From: an uncultured Parcubacteria group bacterium
GTDB lineage: Bacteria; Patescibacteriota; Patescibacteriia; UBA9934; CAMTUG01
Length of the DNA stretch: 64,000 nucleotides
Reading direction: 5' to 3'
Assembly (NCBI GenBank): GCA_947084965.1
Contig: CAMTUG010000001.1
Coordinates: 409,301-473,300 of the forward strand
A program made the position numbers and the translations under genes. Under the pieces are notes generated by a model. It searched no databases. It was not told the origin of the DNA and saw only the letters and a list, made by a program, of their open reading frames with translations. Below, in pieces: positions 18,171 through 27,433 of this stretch (position 1 is the stretch's first letter; each line of letters begins with the position of its first letter).

Positions 18171-18962
18171 CTAGGTCAGTTCAAAATGCACGACAAGATA
18201 TCCGACACCAAAAGGAGATTCGTAAGAATGAACGACGGGCGTGTAGTTCACCCTCTCTAGTACACCAAGAAGCATGAGCAGTGGTCGATACGAGCACTCC
18301 TTGGCCTTGGCAAGTTTCTTCGCGTCCATCTTCAGAAGCGCTGCTGTGTTCATATTGGTAATACAGCGTTGAACGACTGCATCGTATTCCACACCCTCCT
18401 TGGCGTAGCCAGCTGGGGCGTCAGATGTCAGGGTATGCGATTGATCGCCCGTTGCGATAACCGCCACGCGTTTCTGCTCATTCATGATGACATCTTTTAA
18501 CGCGTCGCCAAAAGCGAAGTGCTCTTTGGGTGAGAGGCCCGAATAGGAGATCGGAACGATCTTGATTTGCGGAAGTTTTGGTGCCAAAAGCAAAAGGGGG
18601 ACCGCCGCCCCATAATCAAGCTTGGCATCAGAGGAAAGAGTTAGCTTGATCTGCTTCTTGCGCAACGAGCGCTGAATGCGATCGATCAGCATCAGATCTG
18701 GAGCGAAGTGTTTTTGGGTAGACAGGTCACCAAACTCGTTGAGATCAACAGAAAATTCGTCATGCAGATTGATGGAAAATGCTTCATCAAACATCGTCGC
18801 GTGCGAAGAGATAATCACGATCGTGTCCGGCCGCGCGCTGTACAACTCTCCGGCCAATAGCTCCATCGCCTTGCGCGTCTCCGCGACCTTATTCAACTGC
18901 TCCTTGTTTACAGAAGGCAGCAGTAAAGGGGAGTGCGGGGTAAGAGCGGCAAATACGAGCAC
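18171..18962 (-). CDS. MEMO1/LigB-family protein (AmmeMemoRadiSam protein B-like)
   Basis: GTG start; PHSPLL, PDTIVIISSH, LDYGAAVPL, ATGDQSH, YESPFGVGY. Confidence 0.8.
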   Translation of the reverse strand: MLVFAALTPHSPLLLPSVNKEQLNKVAETRKAMELLAGELYSARPDTIVIISSHATMFDEAFSINLHDEFSVDLNEFGDLSTQKHFAPDLMLIDRIQRSLRKKQIKLTLSSDAKLDYGAAVPLLLLAPKLPQIKIVPISYSGLSPKEHFAFGDALKDVIMNEQKRVAVIATGDQSHTLTSDAPAGYAKEGVEYDAVVQRCITNMNTAALLKMDAKKLAKAKECSYRPLLMLLGVLERVNYTPVVHSYESPFGVGYLVVHFELT

Positions 18963-18975
18963 AGATTGGGAATGG

Positions 18976-19004
18976 AGTAAGCGGCAATTAGTAAGCGGAG
19001 ACAC
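18976..19004. repeat. Half copy of the heptamer/GAGAC element overlapping the stop of the upstream gene
   Basis: GAGTAAG CGGCAAT TAGTAAG CGGAGAC AC; the minus strand encodes the final VSAY*. Confidence 0.6.
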
Positions 19005-20391
19005 TGACAAGGTCATCCTCGACAACTTCGATTTCAATCGATTCGCCGAGTTCATGTAAATTGACCGTTTTGGCGTCAGTGACGACGATATTTTCCCACG
19101 AATATCCGAGCGTCTCAAAAACCTCGCCAGAGAGGATCGGACGGCGCTTGCTATCCGAAATCACATAAACCGCGGGGGTATCGTCCGCCTTCACCAGCGT
19201 CCCTTCGGCGAGCTTCACCGGATCACCTGTTTCGTACGTCTCAAGCAATTCCGGGGCGGTCGGGACGATCGCCCAGTCCTTAAAGTTCAGATCAAGGATG
19301 GTGCGCGAAAGAAGTGGGTGTTTAATACCATCAGCAACGAAGTACACACCACCGGTCGTTGAATTTTGGAGGAGGTGGCCTTTCGGATCTGCCGATTCTT
19401 CCGTGATTGAGGCGCCGACATCGTAGGCGTCCAGATCCTCATCCGTGACATCGATCACCTCGTCTTCGTTGAACCCAATGGCGCGGAAAGCCTCCATGGA
19501 TCGAATCCAGCGACGCTCATCGTCAACGATCAGATAAATTTTGCCCTCCTCGTTGCGCAGCAGCGAATAGTTCGGGAAGGCGATCGGATCACCGATGTCA
19601 TATTGCAGGAGGGTGGAGGCATCAACCTGGATGATATTGTCCGGATTGTAGCGTGAAACAAGAGCTGCTCGACTGGTAATCGGTCGGCGTTCGCCGTACT
19701 TGATTAACCAAACACCGTCTTCGCCTCTGGCTTGAAGAAGCGAGCCGCTCGGATAGTTCTGCGTGAAATAGTTGGTCCAAAGGGCAACAAAATTTTCATT
19801 GCCATGGAGATGCGGAGTGTAGGTATAGAGGGCAGCCGTGGCGGCATTTTGAGGGGTCACGTGTACGTCATCGATCGTTGTACGAATGCCTGGACCGTAG
19901 CCAGCTACCGTTTTTCCATACGCTTCGATGTCGGCGAGATAGCCATCACGAAACTGCATCGCTGCAGAATTCACCTGCTTCCCAAATCCTTTCCAGCGTT
20001 GTGCTGATTCTGTCGTTGTCGTGCAGACATCGCAAATGCCGTAGCCTGTCGCCCAATCAAGCTGTTTTTGCGTTGGATCATCATCTTCAATCAACGACTG
20101 CTCTTTTTGAAGCAGGACGAGCAAAAATCTCGGAGACATTTGATGAGCGATCGCCGCATCGTAAATAATCTCCGCCGCGGTCTTTTCTTCACCCTCGTGA
20201 TTTTCCGTTTCGTATTCGCCGAGGTATCCACGCCGCAAGAACGTTTCGATATCACGAAGGGACATCGCCGTTGCGTCGGTTAATTCTTCGTCCGAGATTA
20301 GATAATTCGGATTAAAAGCCAAAAGTGGAAAGATCGATGGGAAGAGGACTCCGAGAAGGGCAAGTGCGACAATCGGCTTAGAACGTTTCAT
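18988..20391 (-). CDS. Secreted protein: putative lysozyme-like N-terminal domain plus four tandem repeats
   Basis: Signal peptide; PRFLLVLLQKEQSLI and NAATAALYTYTPH; repeats GSLLQ..GVWLI..GERRPI, YSLLR..KIYLI..ERRWI, GHLLQ..GVYFV..GIKHPL, GTLVK..AVYVI..KRRPI. Confidence 0.65.
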   Translation of the reverse strand: MKRSKPIVALALLGVLFPSIFPLLAFNPNYLISDEELTDATAMSLRDIETFLRRGYLGEYETENHEGEEKTAAEIIYDAAIAHQMSPRFLLVLLQKEQSLIEDDDPTQKQLDWATGYGICDVCTTTTESAQRWKGFGKQVNSAAMQFRDGYLADIEAYGKTVAGYGPGIRTTIDDVHVTPQNAATAALYTYTPHLHGNENFVALWTNYFTQNYPSGSLLQARGEDGVWLIKYGERRPITSRAALVSRYNPDNIIQVDASTLLQYDIGDPIAFPNYSLLRNEEGKIYLIVDDERRWIRSMEAFRAIGFNEDEVIDVTDEDLDAYDVGASITEESADPKGHLLQNSTTGGVYFVADGIKHPLLSRTILDLNFKDWAIVPTAPELLETYETGDPVKLAEGTLVKADDTPAVYVISDSKRRPILSGEVFETLGYSWENIVVTDAKTVNLHELGESIEIEVVEDDLVSVSAY

Positions 20392-20789
20392 AACTGTCGT
20401 TTGAAATAGGTAAAGGCGGCAGTAGCACCGATGAAGTCCATCACAAGGTCGAGCATCGTGTCACCCAGGGAGAGTTGTGATCGGTCCCAGTTCCACCAGA
20501 TCGCTGCCGTATTGTCGAGAACGTATTCGTGAAACTCCCAAGCGACGCCGATGAGCATCACCAATCCAACAACGAAGGTAAAATGGTACCACGCCGGAAT
20601 ACTCGGTGTGCGGTGATGTTCAACCATTTTATGATGAATAGCGATCGCTAACATGCCGATGACAAAGCCTCCGGCGAAGTGCATCAGGATGTCGATGTCA
20701 CCGATGCGGCTATAAGTCCCGAGAACCAAAAAGATGATGTGGACAACTATCACCAGAAGAATGGCCCGAAAAGCCCTTTTAAACGTCAT
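20388..20789 (-). CDS. Small membrane protein (DUF2238/VanZ-like)
   Basis: 3-4 TM helices; DILMHFAGG, WEFHEY, DTMLDLVMD. Confidence 0.65.
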   Translation of the reverse strand: MTFKRAFRAILLVIVVHIIFLVLGTYSRIGDIDILMHFAGGFVIGMLAIAIHHKMVEHHRTPSIPAWYHFTFVVGLVMLIGVAWEFHEYVLDNTAAIWWNWDRSQLSLGDTMLDLVMDFIGATAAFTYFKRQL

Positions 20790-20820
20790 AGTAAGGGCAT
20801 TTTAGCACGTTTTGCGTGGC

Positions 20821-20860
20821 TTGACACCTCGAATTAGCAGTCGTATTATGTGAGTGCTAA
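20821..20860 (+). promoter_or_regulatory. clpB promoter with overlapping CIRCE (HrcA operator)
   Basis: TTGACA(20821)-N17-TATTAT; TTAGCAGTC-N9-GAGTGCTAA at 20834-20860, one mismatch to TTAGCACTC-N9-GAGTGCTAA. Confidence 0.88.
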
Positions 20861-20861
20861 C

Positions 20862-20970
20862 AGGCGACGGCGGAGGTTCGAGCTGACGAGTTCTCTTTTC
20901 GCGCGCAGCCCTTATCCTTTCTTCGGGGTCGAGCACGAAAAGAGTGTCAGCGAGACCGAGTACGGCGCCT
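20862..20970 (+). other. Long bulged hairpin in the clpB 5' leader
   Basis: Nested pairings AGGCG/CGCCT, GCTGAC/GTCAGC, CTCTTTTCG/CGAAAAGAG, CCC/GGG. Confidence 0.6.
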
Positions 20971-20983
20971 CAGTAAAAACTTT

Positions 20984-23626
20984 ATGCTGCCAAACAACTT
21001 CACCAACAGAGCCCAAGAAGCGATTCAAGCCGCGCATGTTATCGCGGACGAAAATGGCCAGCCTGCGCTCGAACCGATCCACCTGCTCGGCGCGCTTTTG
21101 GCCCAACCGGACGGGTTGATTCCAGCCGCGCTCAACAAGATGGGGATCGATCTAAACGGCCTGATCGTCAAACTTGGGAGTATCCTCGAAACGTTGCCAA
21201 AACAGCTTGAGCGTCAGATGGCCGGAGGGGTCGGCCAGGTATTTCTTTCCCCGTCGATGGCCAAGCTTATTCAAGCCGCAAGCAAAGTGAGCAAGCAGTT
21301 CGGTGATGAGTTTATTTCCACCGAGCATCTTTTTTTGGCACTCCTTTCGGATAAAGCGGTCGGGCGACTACTGGCTCAATTTAAAATCGACGCCGATCCG
21401 TTCTTGAAAGTCCTAAAAGAGATCCGTGGCACCCAAAAGATCGACTCTCCGGAACCAGAAGGGAAGATGCAGGTTCTTGAAAAGTACGCCATGAATTTGA
21501 CGGAGCAGGCGCGCCGCGAAAAGCTCGACCCGGTCATCGGTCGCGATGCGGAAATTCGTCGGGTGATGCAAGTCTTGTCGCGACGCCGCAAAAATAATCC
21601 GGTGTTGATTGGGGAGGCGGGCGTTGGTAAAACGGCGATCATCGAAGGACTTGCTCAACGGATCGTGGCCAAGGACGTCCCTGAATTGCTTATGGATAAG
21701 GAGCTCGTCGCCCTCGACCTGGGGGCCATGGTCGCCGGGACAAAGTATCGTGGGGAATTTGAAGATCGCCTGAAAGCGGTGTTAAAGGAGATCGAAGCCT
21801 CGGCCGGCAAATACATTTTGTTCGTAGACGAACTACATACGTTGGTAGGGGCAGGCACCAGTGAAGGGAGCCCGCTCGACGCCAGCAACATGCTGAAACC
21901 GGCGCTCGCTCGCGGGGAGCTGCGTTGCATCGGCGCGACGACGCTCAAGGAATATCAGAAGCATATTGAAAAAGACGCCGCCCTTGAACGTCGGTTTCAG
22001 CCGATCGTCGTCGACGAGCCCACGGTTGAAGACACGATCGCCATTCTGCGCGGAATCAAGGAAAAATACGAACTCCATCACGGTGTGCGCATCGCCGATC
22101 ACGCCATCGTCGCGGCGACGGAACTTTCTGCCCGCTATGTGACAGATCGCCAGCTACCGGACAAGGCGATCGATCTGATCGATGAAGCGGCCTCAGCGCT
22201 ACGCATGCAGATCGATTCGATGCCAGAGGAATTGGACACCAAAAAGCGAGCTCTGATGCGCCTTGAGATTGAGCGTCAGGCCTTGCTGAAGGAAGAAGAC
22301 ACCAGTTCAAAAGAGCGGCTATCGGTGGCGGAACGACAGATCGCCGACCTCAAGGAGGCCGTTGGTGGGATTGAAACGAAGTGGATGAATGAGAAAGAAA
22401 AGATCGGGGAGATTCGAGCGATCAAGAAGACGATCGATGAGCTGCGCGCCAACTCTGAAATCGAAGAGCGCAAAGGTGACTTGCAGAAGGTTGCTGAGAT
22501 TCGCTATGGCCAGATTCCGGCCGAACAAGAAAAGTTGAAAAAGGCAGAAGAGGCGCTCACAGCGCTCCAGCGCGAGCGCGGCATTTTGAAAGAGGTCGTT
22601 TCGGAGGAAGAAATCGCCGCCATCGTTTCGCGCTGGACGGGAATTCCTGTTGCTAAAATGCTGGAGACAGAGACACAGAAGCTCGTGGTGATGGAATCCG
22701 AGCTTGGCAAGCGGGTGATCGGACAAAAAAAGGCGATCGAGGCGGTGTCTAACGCCCTTCGTCGTTCACGCGCGGGAATCGGCGAAGAGAAGCGGCCGAT
22801 CGGCTCTTTTATCTTCCTCGGTCCGACCGGGGTAGGGAAGACCGAACTCGCCCGAGCGCTCGCTGAATTCATGTTTAACGACGAACAGTCCTTGATTCGG
22901 GTGGACATGTCGGAATTCATGGAGAAACACGCCGTCTCCAAAATCATCGGCTCGCCGCCGGGGTACGTTGGATTTGATGAAGGTGGGCAGTTGACCGAAA
23001 AGGTTCGCCGCCGCCCCTATTCCGTCATTCTGTTTGATGAGATCGAAAAAGCCCACCCAGACGTCTTCAACATTCTGCTACAAGTTCTCGATGACGGACA
23101 TCTGACCGACGCCAAAGGCCGCAAAGTGAACTTCAAAAACACGATCATCGTCATGACCAGCAATATCGGTTCAGACATGATCCTCAGCATGTCGACGAGC
23201 AAGTCGATCGGGTTTGCTGACGGCAACGGAAAAGATGACAACGTGCGCGACCGCGAAGAGATGGAAACGCGGGTCACCGACATGCTCAAGGAGCAGTTCC
23301 GGCCTGAGTTTTTGAACCGCATCGACGATATCATTATCTTTGATTCGCTGGGGGAAAAAGATATGGTAGAGATCGTTGAGCTGCAGCTCGCGCTGATGGT
23401 CAAGCGCCTCAAGGACAATAAGCGCATCAGCGTCACGATTGACGCTCCAGCCAAAAAGCTTCTTGCCAAAAAGGGGTACGATCCACTCTTTGGCGCACGG
23501 CCGCTCAAGCGTGTCATTCAACGCGACATTCTCGACGCCCTGGCGCTCAAAATCATCAAGGGTGAGGTCGAGGAAGGCGGGAGTATCAAGATTACGGGAG
23601 CAAAAGATCAGATTGTGATAAAATAG
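20984..23626 (+). CDS. clpB: ATP-dependent chaperone ClpB
   Basis: Two AAA+ modules ([16 protein letters not shown]), long coiled-coil middle domain, GSPPGYVG. Confidence 0.96.
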   Translation: MLPNNFTNRAQEAIQAAHVIADENGQPALEPIHLLGALLAQPDGLIPAALNKMGIDLNGLIVKLGSILETLPKQLERQMAGGVGQVFLSPSMAKLIQAASKVSKQFGDEFISTEHLFLALLSDKAVGRLLAQFKIDADPFLKVLKEIRGTQKIDSPEPEGKMQVLEKYAMNLTEQARREKLDPVIGRDAEIRRVMQVLSRRRKNNPVLIGEAGVGKTAIIEGLAQRIVAKDVPELLMDKELVALDLGAMVAGTKYRGEFEDRLKAVLKEIEASAGKYILFVDELHTLVGAGTSEGSPLDASNMLKPALARGELRCIGATTLKEYQKHIEKDAALERRFQPIVVDEPTVEDTIAILRGIKEKYELHHGVRIADHAIVAATELSARYVTDRQLPDKAIDLIDEAASALRMQIDSMPEELDTKKRALMRLEIERQALLKEEDTSSKERLSVAERQIADLKEAVGGIETKWMNEKEKIGEIRAIKKTIDELRANSEIEERKGDLQKVAEIRYGQIPAEQEKLKKAEEALTALQRERGILKEVVSEEEIAAIVSRWTGIPVAKMLETETQKLVVMESELGKRVIGQKKAIEAVSNALRRSRAGIGEEKRPIGSFIFLGPTGVGKTELARALAEFMFNDEQSLIRVDMSEFMEKHAVSKIIGSPPGYVGFDEGGQLTEKVRRRPYSVILFDEIEKAHPDVFNILLQVLDDGHLTDAKGRKVNFKNTIIVMTSNIGSDMILSMSTSKSIGFADGNGKDDNVRDREEMETRVTDMLKEQFRPEFLNRIDDIIIFDSLGEKDMVEIVELQLALMVKRLKDNKRISVTIDAPAKKLLAKKGYDPLFGARPLKRVIQRDILDALALKIIKGEVEEGGSIKITGAKDQIVIK

Positions 23627-23632
23627 CGCCGT

Positions 23633-24373
23633 ATGCTCGGCGTGCGGATTGATCCAGTTAACCCAAAGGAACTCGAGGAAAAGCTCCTCGGGTTTCTTCA
23701 GGATGGGGAACAGCACGCCATTTTCACGCCGAATCCAGAAATTTTACTCCTAGCCCACAAAGATAAGGGGTATCGACACCTTTTGAATCAAAGCGCGCTG
23801 AATATCCCGGATGGCACCGGCTTGGTCTTGGCCTCGCTCTTTCTCGGCGAGGATAACGTGCGCCATCGCATTACTGGGGTCGATACGCTTGGGCTCCTAG
23901 CAAAAATCGCTGCCCATGAACACAAAAAGTGTTACTTGTTAGGTGGCGATCCAAGGATCGCGGAACAGACAGCAGCAGTCCTCAACGTGAAGTATCCCGA
24001 GCTTGAAATCTATGCCGATGAAGGTGGGCCGATCGACTATCACGATGGCCACTGGCACATGAATCCAGCGATTATTGCATCCATTCAAGATAAAAAACCG
24101 GACATTCTTGCCGTCGCCCTTGGCCAAGGCAAACAGGAACAATGGATCCACGACCACCTCAAGCTCCTGCCCAGTGTCTCCATCGCCATCGGCGTTGGCG
24201 GCGCCTTTGACTACATTTCTGGTTCAGTCGCCCGGGCACCGGAATGGATGCGTAATCTCGGTCTCGAATGGCTCTTCCGCTTGATCCTTCAACCAGGCCG
24301 GATTCGTCGGATTTTTAAAGCCGTTGTGGTATTCCCAATCGTTGTTATTTGGGATAAGATGAAGGCCTTATGA
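23633..24373 (+). CDS. WecB/TagA/CpsF family glycosyltransferase
   Basis: FTPNPE, IPDGTG, RITGVD, LGQGKQEQWI, GVGGAFD, RAPEWM..LGLEWLFRL. Confidence 0.93.
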   Translation: MLGVRIDPVNPKELEEKLLGFLQDGEQHAIFTPNPEILLLAHKDKGYRHLLNQSALNIPDGTGLVLASLFLGEDNVRHRITGVDTLGLLAKIAAHEHKKCYLLGGDPRIAEQTAAVLNVKYPELEIYADEGGPIDYHDGHWHMNPAIIASIQDKKPDILAVALGQGKQEQWIHDHLKLLPSVSIAIGVGGAFDYISGSVARAPEWMRNLGLEWLFRLILQPGRIRRIFKAVVVFPIVVIWDKMKAL

Positions 24374-25824
24374 TTCGTGTTCGTTTCGCCCCATCTCCAA
24401 CCGGATATCTGCACATCGGCGGTCTTCGGACGGCCTTGTATAACTATCTTTTTGCCCGCAAAAACAATGGCGCTTTTTTGTTGCGCATCGAAGACACCGA
24501 CCGCGAGCGTTTTGTGGAAGGAGCGACCGAATCGCTCTTGCACATCTTTCCGCGCGTCGGTTTGAATTATGATGAAGGGCCAAAACTTATTGATGGAAAG
24601 CTCGAGCAGGCAGGGAACGTCGGTCCGTACATTCAGTCCTTGCGCTTAAATCTGTACAAAACGCATGTCATGGAGCTGATCGAGAAGGGCCATGCGTATT
24701 ACTGTTTCTGTTCAAGCGACGAGCTTGCTTCGCAGCGCAAGGAGCAAGAGATGCTCAAACTTCCGACAAAATATAATCGCCACTGCCTGAAGCTGACAAA
24801 AGAAGAGATCGCCAGAAAACTCGAGCTGAATGAGCCTCATGTCATCCGCATGCAGGTGCCAGAAGGGGAGTCATCTTTCAACGACGTCGTTCGTGGCAAA
24901 ATCACGATCAATCATGCAGAAGTGGACGACCAAATCCTTCTCAAATCAGACGGATTCCCGACCTACCATCTCGCCAATGTCGTTGATGATCATCTGATGA
25001 ACATCACACATGTCATCCGCGCCGAAGAATGGATTTCGTCTACACCAAAACACGTTTTGCTCTACCAGATGTTTGGCTGGAACGCCCCGGAATTCGCCCA
25101 CCTGCCTTTGCTTTTAAACTCCGATCGTTCAAAGCTCAGTAAGCGTCAGGGCGATGTTGCTACAGAGGATTACCTTGAAAAGGGATATCTTCCAGAAGCC
25201 CTAATCAACTTTGTCGCCTTAATGGGCCACAACCCGAAAGGGGACCAGGAACTCTATACGCTTAATGAGCTCGTTGAATTATTTGATCTGACCAAAGTAA
25301 ATCCTTCTGGTGCGGTTGTAAACTTCGAAAAGCTCGATTGGATGAACGCTCAGCACATGAAGCGCAAAACTGCGAACGAGCTTGCCGATCTCTGCCAGCC
25401 ATTTTTGGATCGGGCAGGGAAGAGCGTGGATCGTTCCGTTCTGGAGCGCGTACTGAAAGTGGAAGTCGAGCGGATGACGACCCTCGCGGATATTGTCGAC
25501 CGCGTTGAAATGTACATCGCCCAACCAGAATACGATGCCCAGCTTCTCGTTTGGAAGAAGGCAGACGAAGCCGATGCCAAAGCGCAGCTAACAGGTGTAC
25601 AATCGATCATGGAGGCGCTTCAGGACACGACAAAAGAGGGGATTGAGGCTACAATCAAGGCACATATTGAACAGAACGGCTTAAGTAATGGGAACGTTCT
25701 TTGGCCGTTACGGGTAGCGCTTTCCGGACAGAGCCAATCGCCAGGGCCGTTTGAACTTGCTGAAGCGTTAGGGAAGGAAGAAGTTTTACGACGCATTGCC
25801 GTGGCGATCGCCAAATTGTCCTAA
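24370..25824 (+). CDS. gltX: Glutamate--tRNA ligase
   Basis: RFAPSPTGYLHIGG, LRIEDTD, PTYHLANVVDD, KLSKR. Confidence 0.97.
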   Translation: MIRVRFAPSPTGYLHIGGLRTALYNYLFARKNNGAFLLRIEDTDRERFVEGATESLLHIFPRVGLNYDEGPKLIDGKLEQAGNVGPYIQSLRLNLYKTHVMELIEKGHAYYCFCSSDELASQRKEQEMLKLPTKYNRHCLKLTKEEIARKLELNEPHVIRMQVPEGESSFNDVVRGKITINHAEVDDQILLKSDGFPTYHLANVVDDHLMNITHVIRAEEWISSTPKHVLLYQMFGWNAPEFAHLPLLLNSDRSKLSKRQGDVATEDYLEKGYLPEALINFVALMGHNPKGDQELYTLNELVELFDLTKVNPSGAVVNFEKLDWMNAQHMKRKTANELADLCQPFLDRAGKSVDRSVLERVLKVEVERMTTLADIVDRVEMYIAQPEYDAQLLVWKKADEADAKAQLTGVQSIMEALQDTTKEGIEATIKAHIEQNGLSNGNVLWPLRVALSGQSQSPGPFELAEALGKEEVLRRIAVAIAKLS

Positions 25825-25835
25825 CAACGTTCGTT

Positions 25836-27053
25836 ATGCGGAGGAATTTACAACAGATTGCAGTCATAGTGATCCTTGGAGCGCTGCTTTTTGGATTGTC
25901 TGATCGCGCCGTGGTGGCAGAGGAGGCAACAACGGAGCAGATCAATGAACTGAATGATGATATCGCCGAAAAGCGCGCGAGATTAGAACAATTGGATTCG
26001 AAACTCGAGCAATATACCAGCATCATTAGGCAGAAGGAGGCCCAGGCAGATTCGTTAACAAACGAGCTTGAAATCCTTGATAACAAGATCGCCAAACTTC
26101 AGCTCGATCTTGAATCAACGAAGCTGGAGATTGATGCTACAGACAGCGAAGTGCGGTTGCTTGATCTGGAAATTGCGGAGCAGTCCAAAAATCTTGAAAA
26201 CCAGAAGCAGATCATCGCCGGGGTGTTGCGCGAGATGCAAGTTGAAACCGACGTCTCGCTCCTCGAACTTGTCTTCGGTAATAGTAACTTTTCCGCCCTC
26301 TTTGACGAATTATCACGGCTGGAATCAATCAACAGCGACCTGCGCCAGATTCTTACTGATACCCGACAAACACGTGCAGTTCTCGAGTCAAAGCGCGGAT
26401 CAAAAGAAGAAAAGCTGGCTAATCTCGAAACACTTGAACGTGACCTAGCCAGACAAAAATCTCAAGCAGAGGACGCCCAAGGGGCTAAAACGGTTCTCGT
26501 TTCTGAAACACAACAGAGCGAGGCACAGTACCGCGCCCTTGTGTACGAATTGCGCGAAGAACAACAATATATCGACGCCCAAGTGCTGACCTTACAGCGG
26601 CAGATTGAACAACGGATCCTCGATTCTGACGAACTTGGTGATTCCTCGCTTTTGACCTGGCCGGTTACCGGATACCGCATCACCACGCTCTACCACGATC
26701 CAACGTATCCGTTCCGCTATCTCTTTGAACACTCCGGCCTTGACCTTGCTATTCCGCAGGGAAGTCCGGTTGTCGCTGCCGCTCCTGGTTACGTCGCCTT
26801 CGCCCGCACAGGCCGGATGTACGGCAACTACATTATGGTGATTCATGGCGGTGGCAAGGCGACGCTCTACGCCCACTTGTCGCAGATGCTCGTTGAGCCA
26901 GATCAGTTCGTCGCTCGAGGGGAGGTGATCGCTAAATCTGGTGGGTTGCCAGGGACAGCTGGCGCTGGATTTTCCACCGGCCCGCACTTGCACTTTGAAG
27001 TTCGTTCCGACGGGATTCCGGTTGATCCGTTCGGATACTTAGTTTCGCTATAG
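25836..27053 (+). CDS. Coiled-coil M23 family peptidase (EnvC/CwlO-like architecture)
   Basis: Signal/TM, long coiled coil, HSGLD, YGNY, LYAHL, STGPHLHFEVR (metal ligands present). Confidence 0.9.
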   Translation: MRRNLQQIAVIVILGALLFGLSDRAVVAEEATTEQINELNDDIAEKRARLEQLDSKLEQYTSIIRQKEAQADSLTNELEILDNKIAKLQLDLESTKLEIDATDSEVRLLDLEIAEQSKNLENQKQIIAGVLREMQVETDVSLLELVFGNSNFSALFDELSRLESINSDLRQILTDTRQTRAVLESKRGSKEEKLANLETLERDLARQKSQAEDAQGAKTVLVSETQQSEAQYRALVYELREEQQYIDAQVLTLQRQIEQRILDSDELGDSSLLTWPVTGYRITTLYHDPTYPFRYLFEHSGLDLAIPQGSPVVAAAPGYVAFARTGRMYGNYIMVIHGGGKATLYAHLSQMLVEPDQFVARGEVIAKSGGLPGTAGAGFSTGPHLHFEVRSDGIPVDPFGYLVSL

Positions 27054-27093
27054 GGAAGGAGCCGGAAGAGCGTTATTGAGGGTCGCACAATAT

Positions 27094-27184
27094 ACCTTTC
27101 ACGACACTGGATCGGTGTCGTGAAAGGTGGCAGTATTTTGCAACACATTAAATGCGGCTTATAAATGTGTCGCAAGAATACTGC
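27094..27184. repeat. Two back-to-back intergenic inverted repeats
   Basis: ACCTTTCACGACAC-N7-GTGTCGTGAAAGGT (27094-27128); GCAGTATTTTGCAACACATT...AATGTGTCGCAAGAATACTGC (27130-27184). Confidence 0.8.
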
Positions 27185-27198
27185 TCAACTAATCGCAA

Positions 27199-27236
27199 AT
27201 GAAAAAGCCCTGGCGTTAAAGCCTGGGCCTTTTCAT
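27199..27236 (-). terminator. Intrinsic terminator of the small acidic ORF (possibly bidirectional)
   Basis: Minus strand GAAAAGGCCCAGGC-TTTAAC-GCCAGGGC-TTTTT. Confidence 0.7.
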
Positions 27237-27246
27237 ACACGTTTGG

Positions 27247-27342
27247 TTAGGCAGCGGCTTCGGTAGCTGCTTCTTCGGCCGGAGCGGCTTCTGGAGCGGT
27301 CTCTTCAGCCGGAGCGGCTGTGGTTTCGTCGTCGAAGAACAT
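27247..27342 (-). CDS. 31-aa acidic Ala/Glu/Pro-rich small protein (not in ORF track)
   Basis: MFFDDETTAAPAEETAPEAAPAEEAATEAAA*; promoter upstream and terminator downstream. Confidence 0.7.
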   Translation of the reverse strand: MFFDDETTAAPAEETAPEAAPAEEAATEAAA

Positions 27343-27385
27343 AAGCTTCTTCTTATGAGTAATGGTGCCCAAACGGGCCACGTCA

Positions 27386-27414
27386 AGTATACACAGATAT
27401 CTATGGATCGTCAA
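27386..27414 (-). promoter_or_regulatory. sigma70-type promoter of the small acidic ORF
   Basis: Minus strand TTGACG-N17-TATACT. Confidence 0.7.
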
Positions 27415-27433
27415 CCCAAATTCTCATCTGCCG

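Noticed and set aside
18963-19118. N-terminal extensions given by the ORF track (also rplM 8056, greA 33858, metG 55508, HD-GYP 41789, fmt 16268, gene C 50635)
   Set aside because: They overlap neighbouring genes, promoters or repeats; family-typical N-termini begin at the downstream starts used here
20862-20970. tRNA or known riboswitch in the clpB leader
   Set aside because: No cloverleaf (the GTTCGA is not in a T-arm context) and no aptamer consensus I recognise
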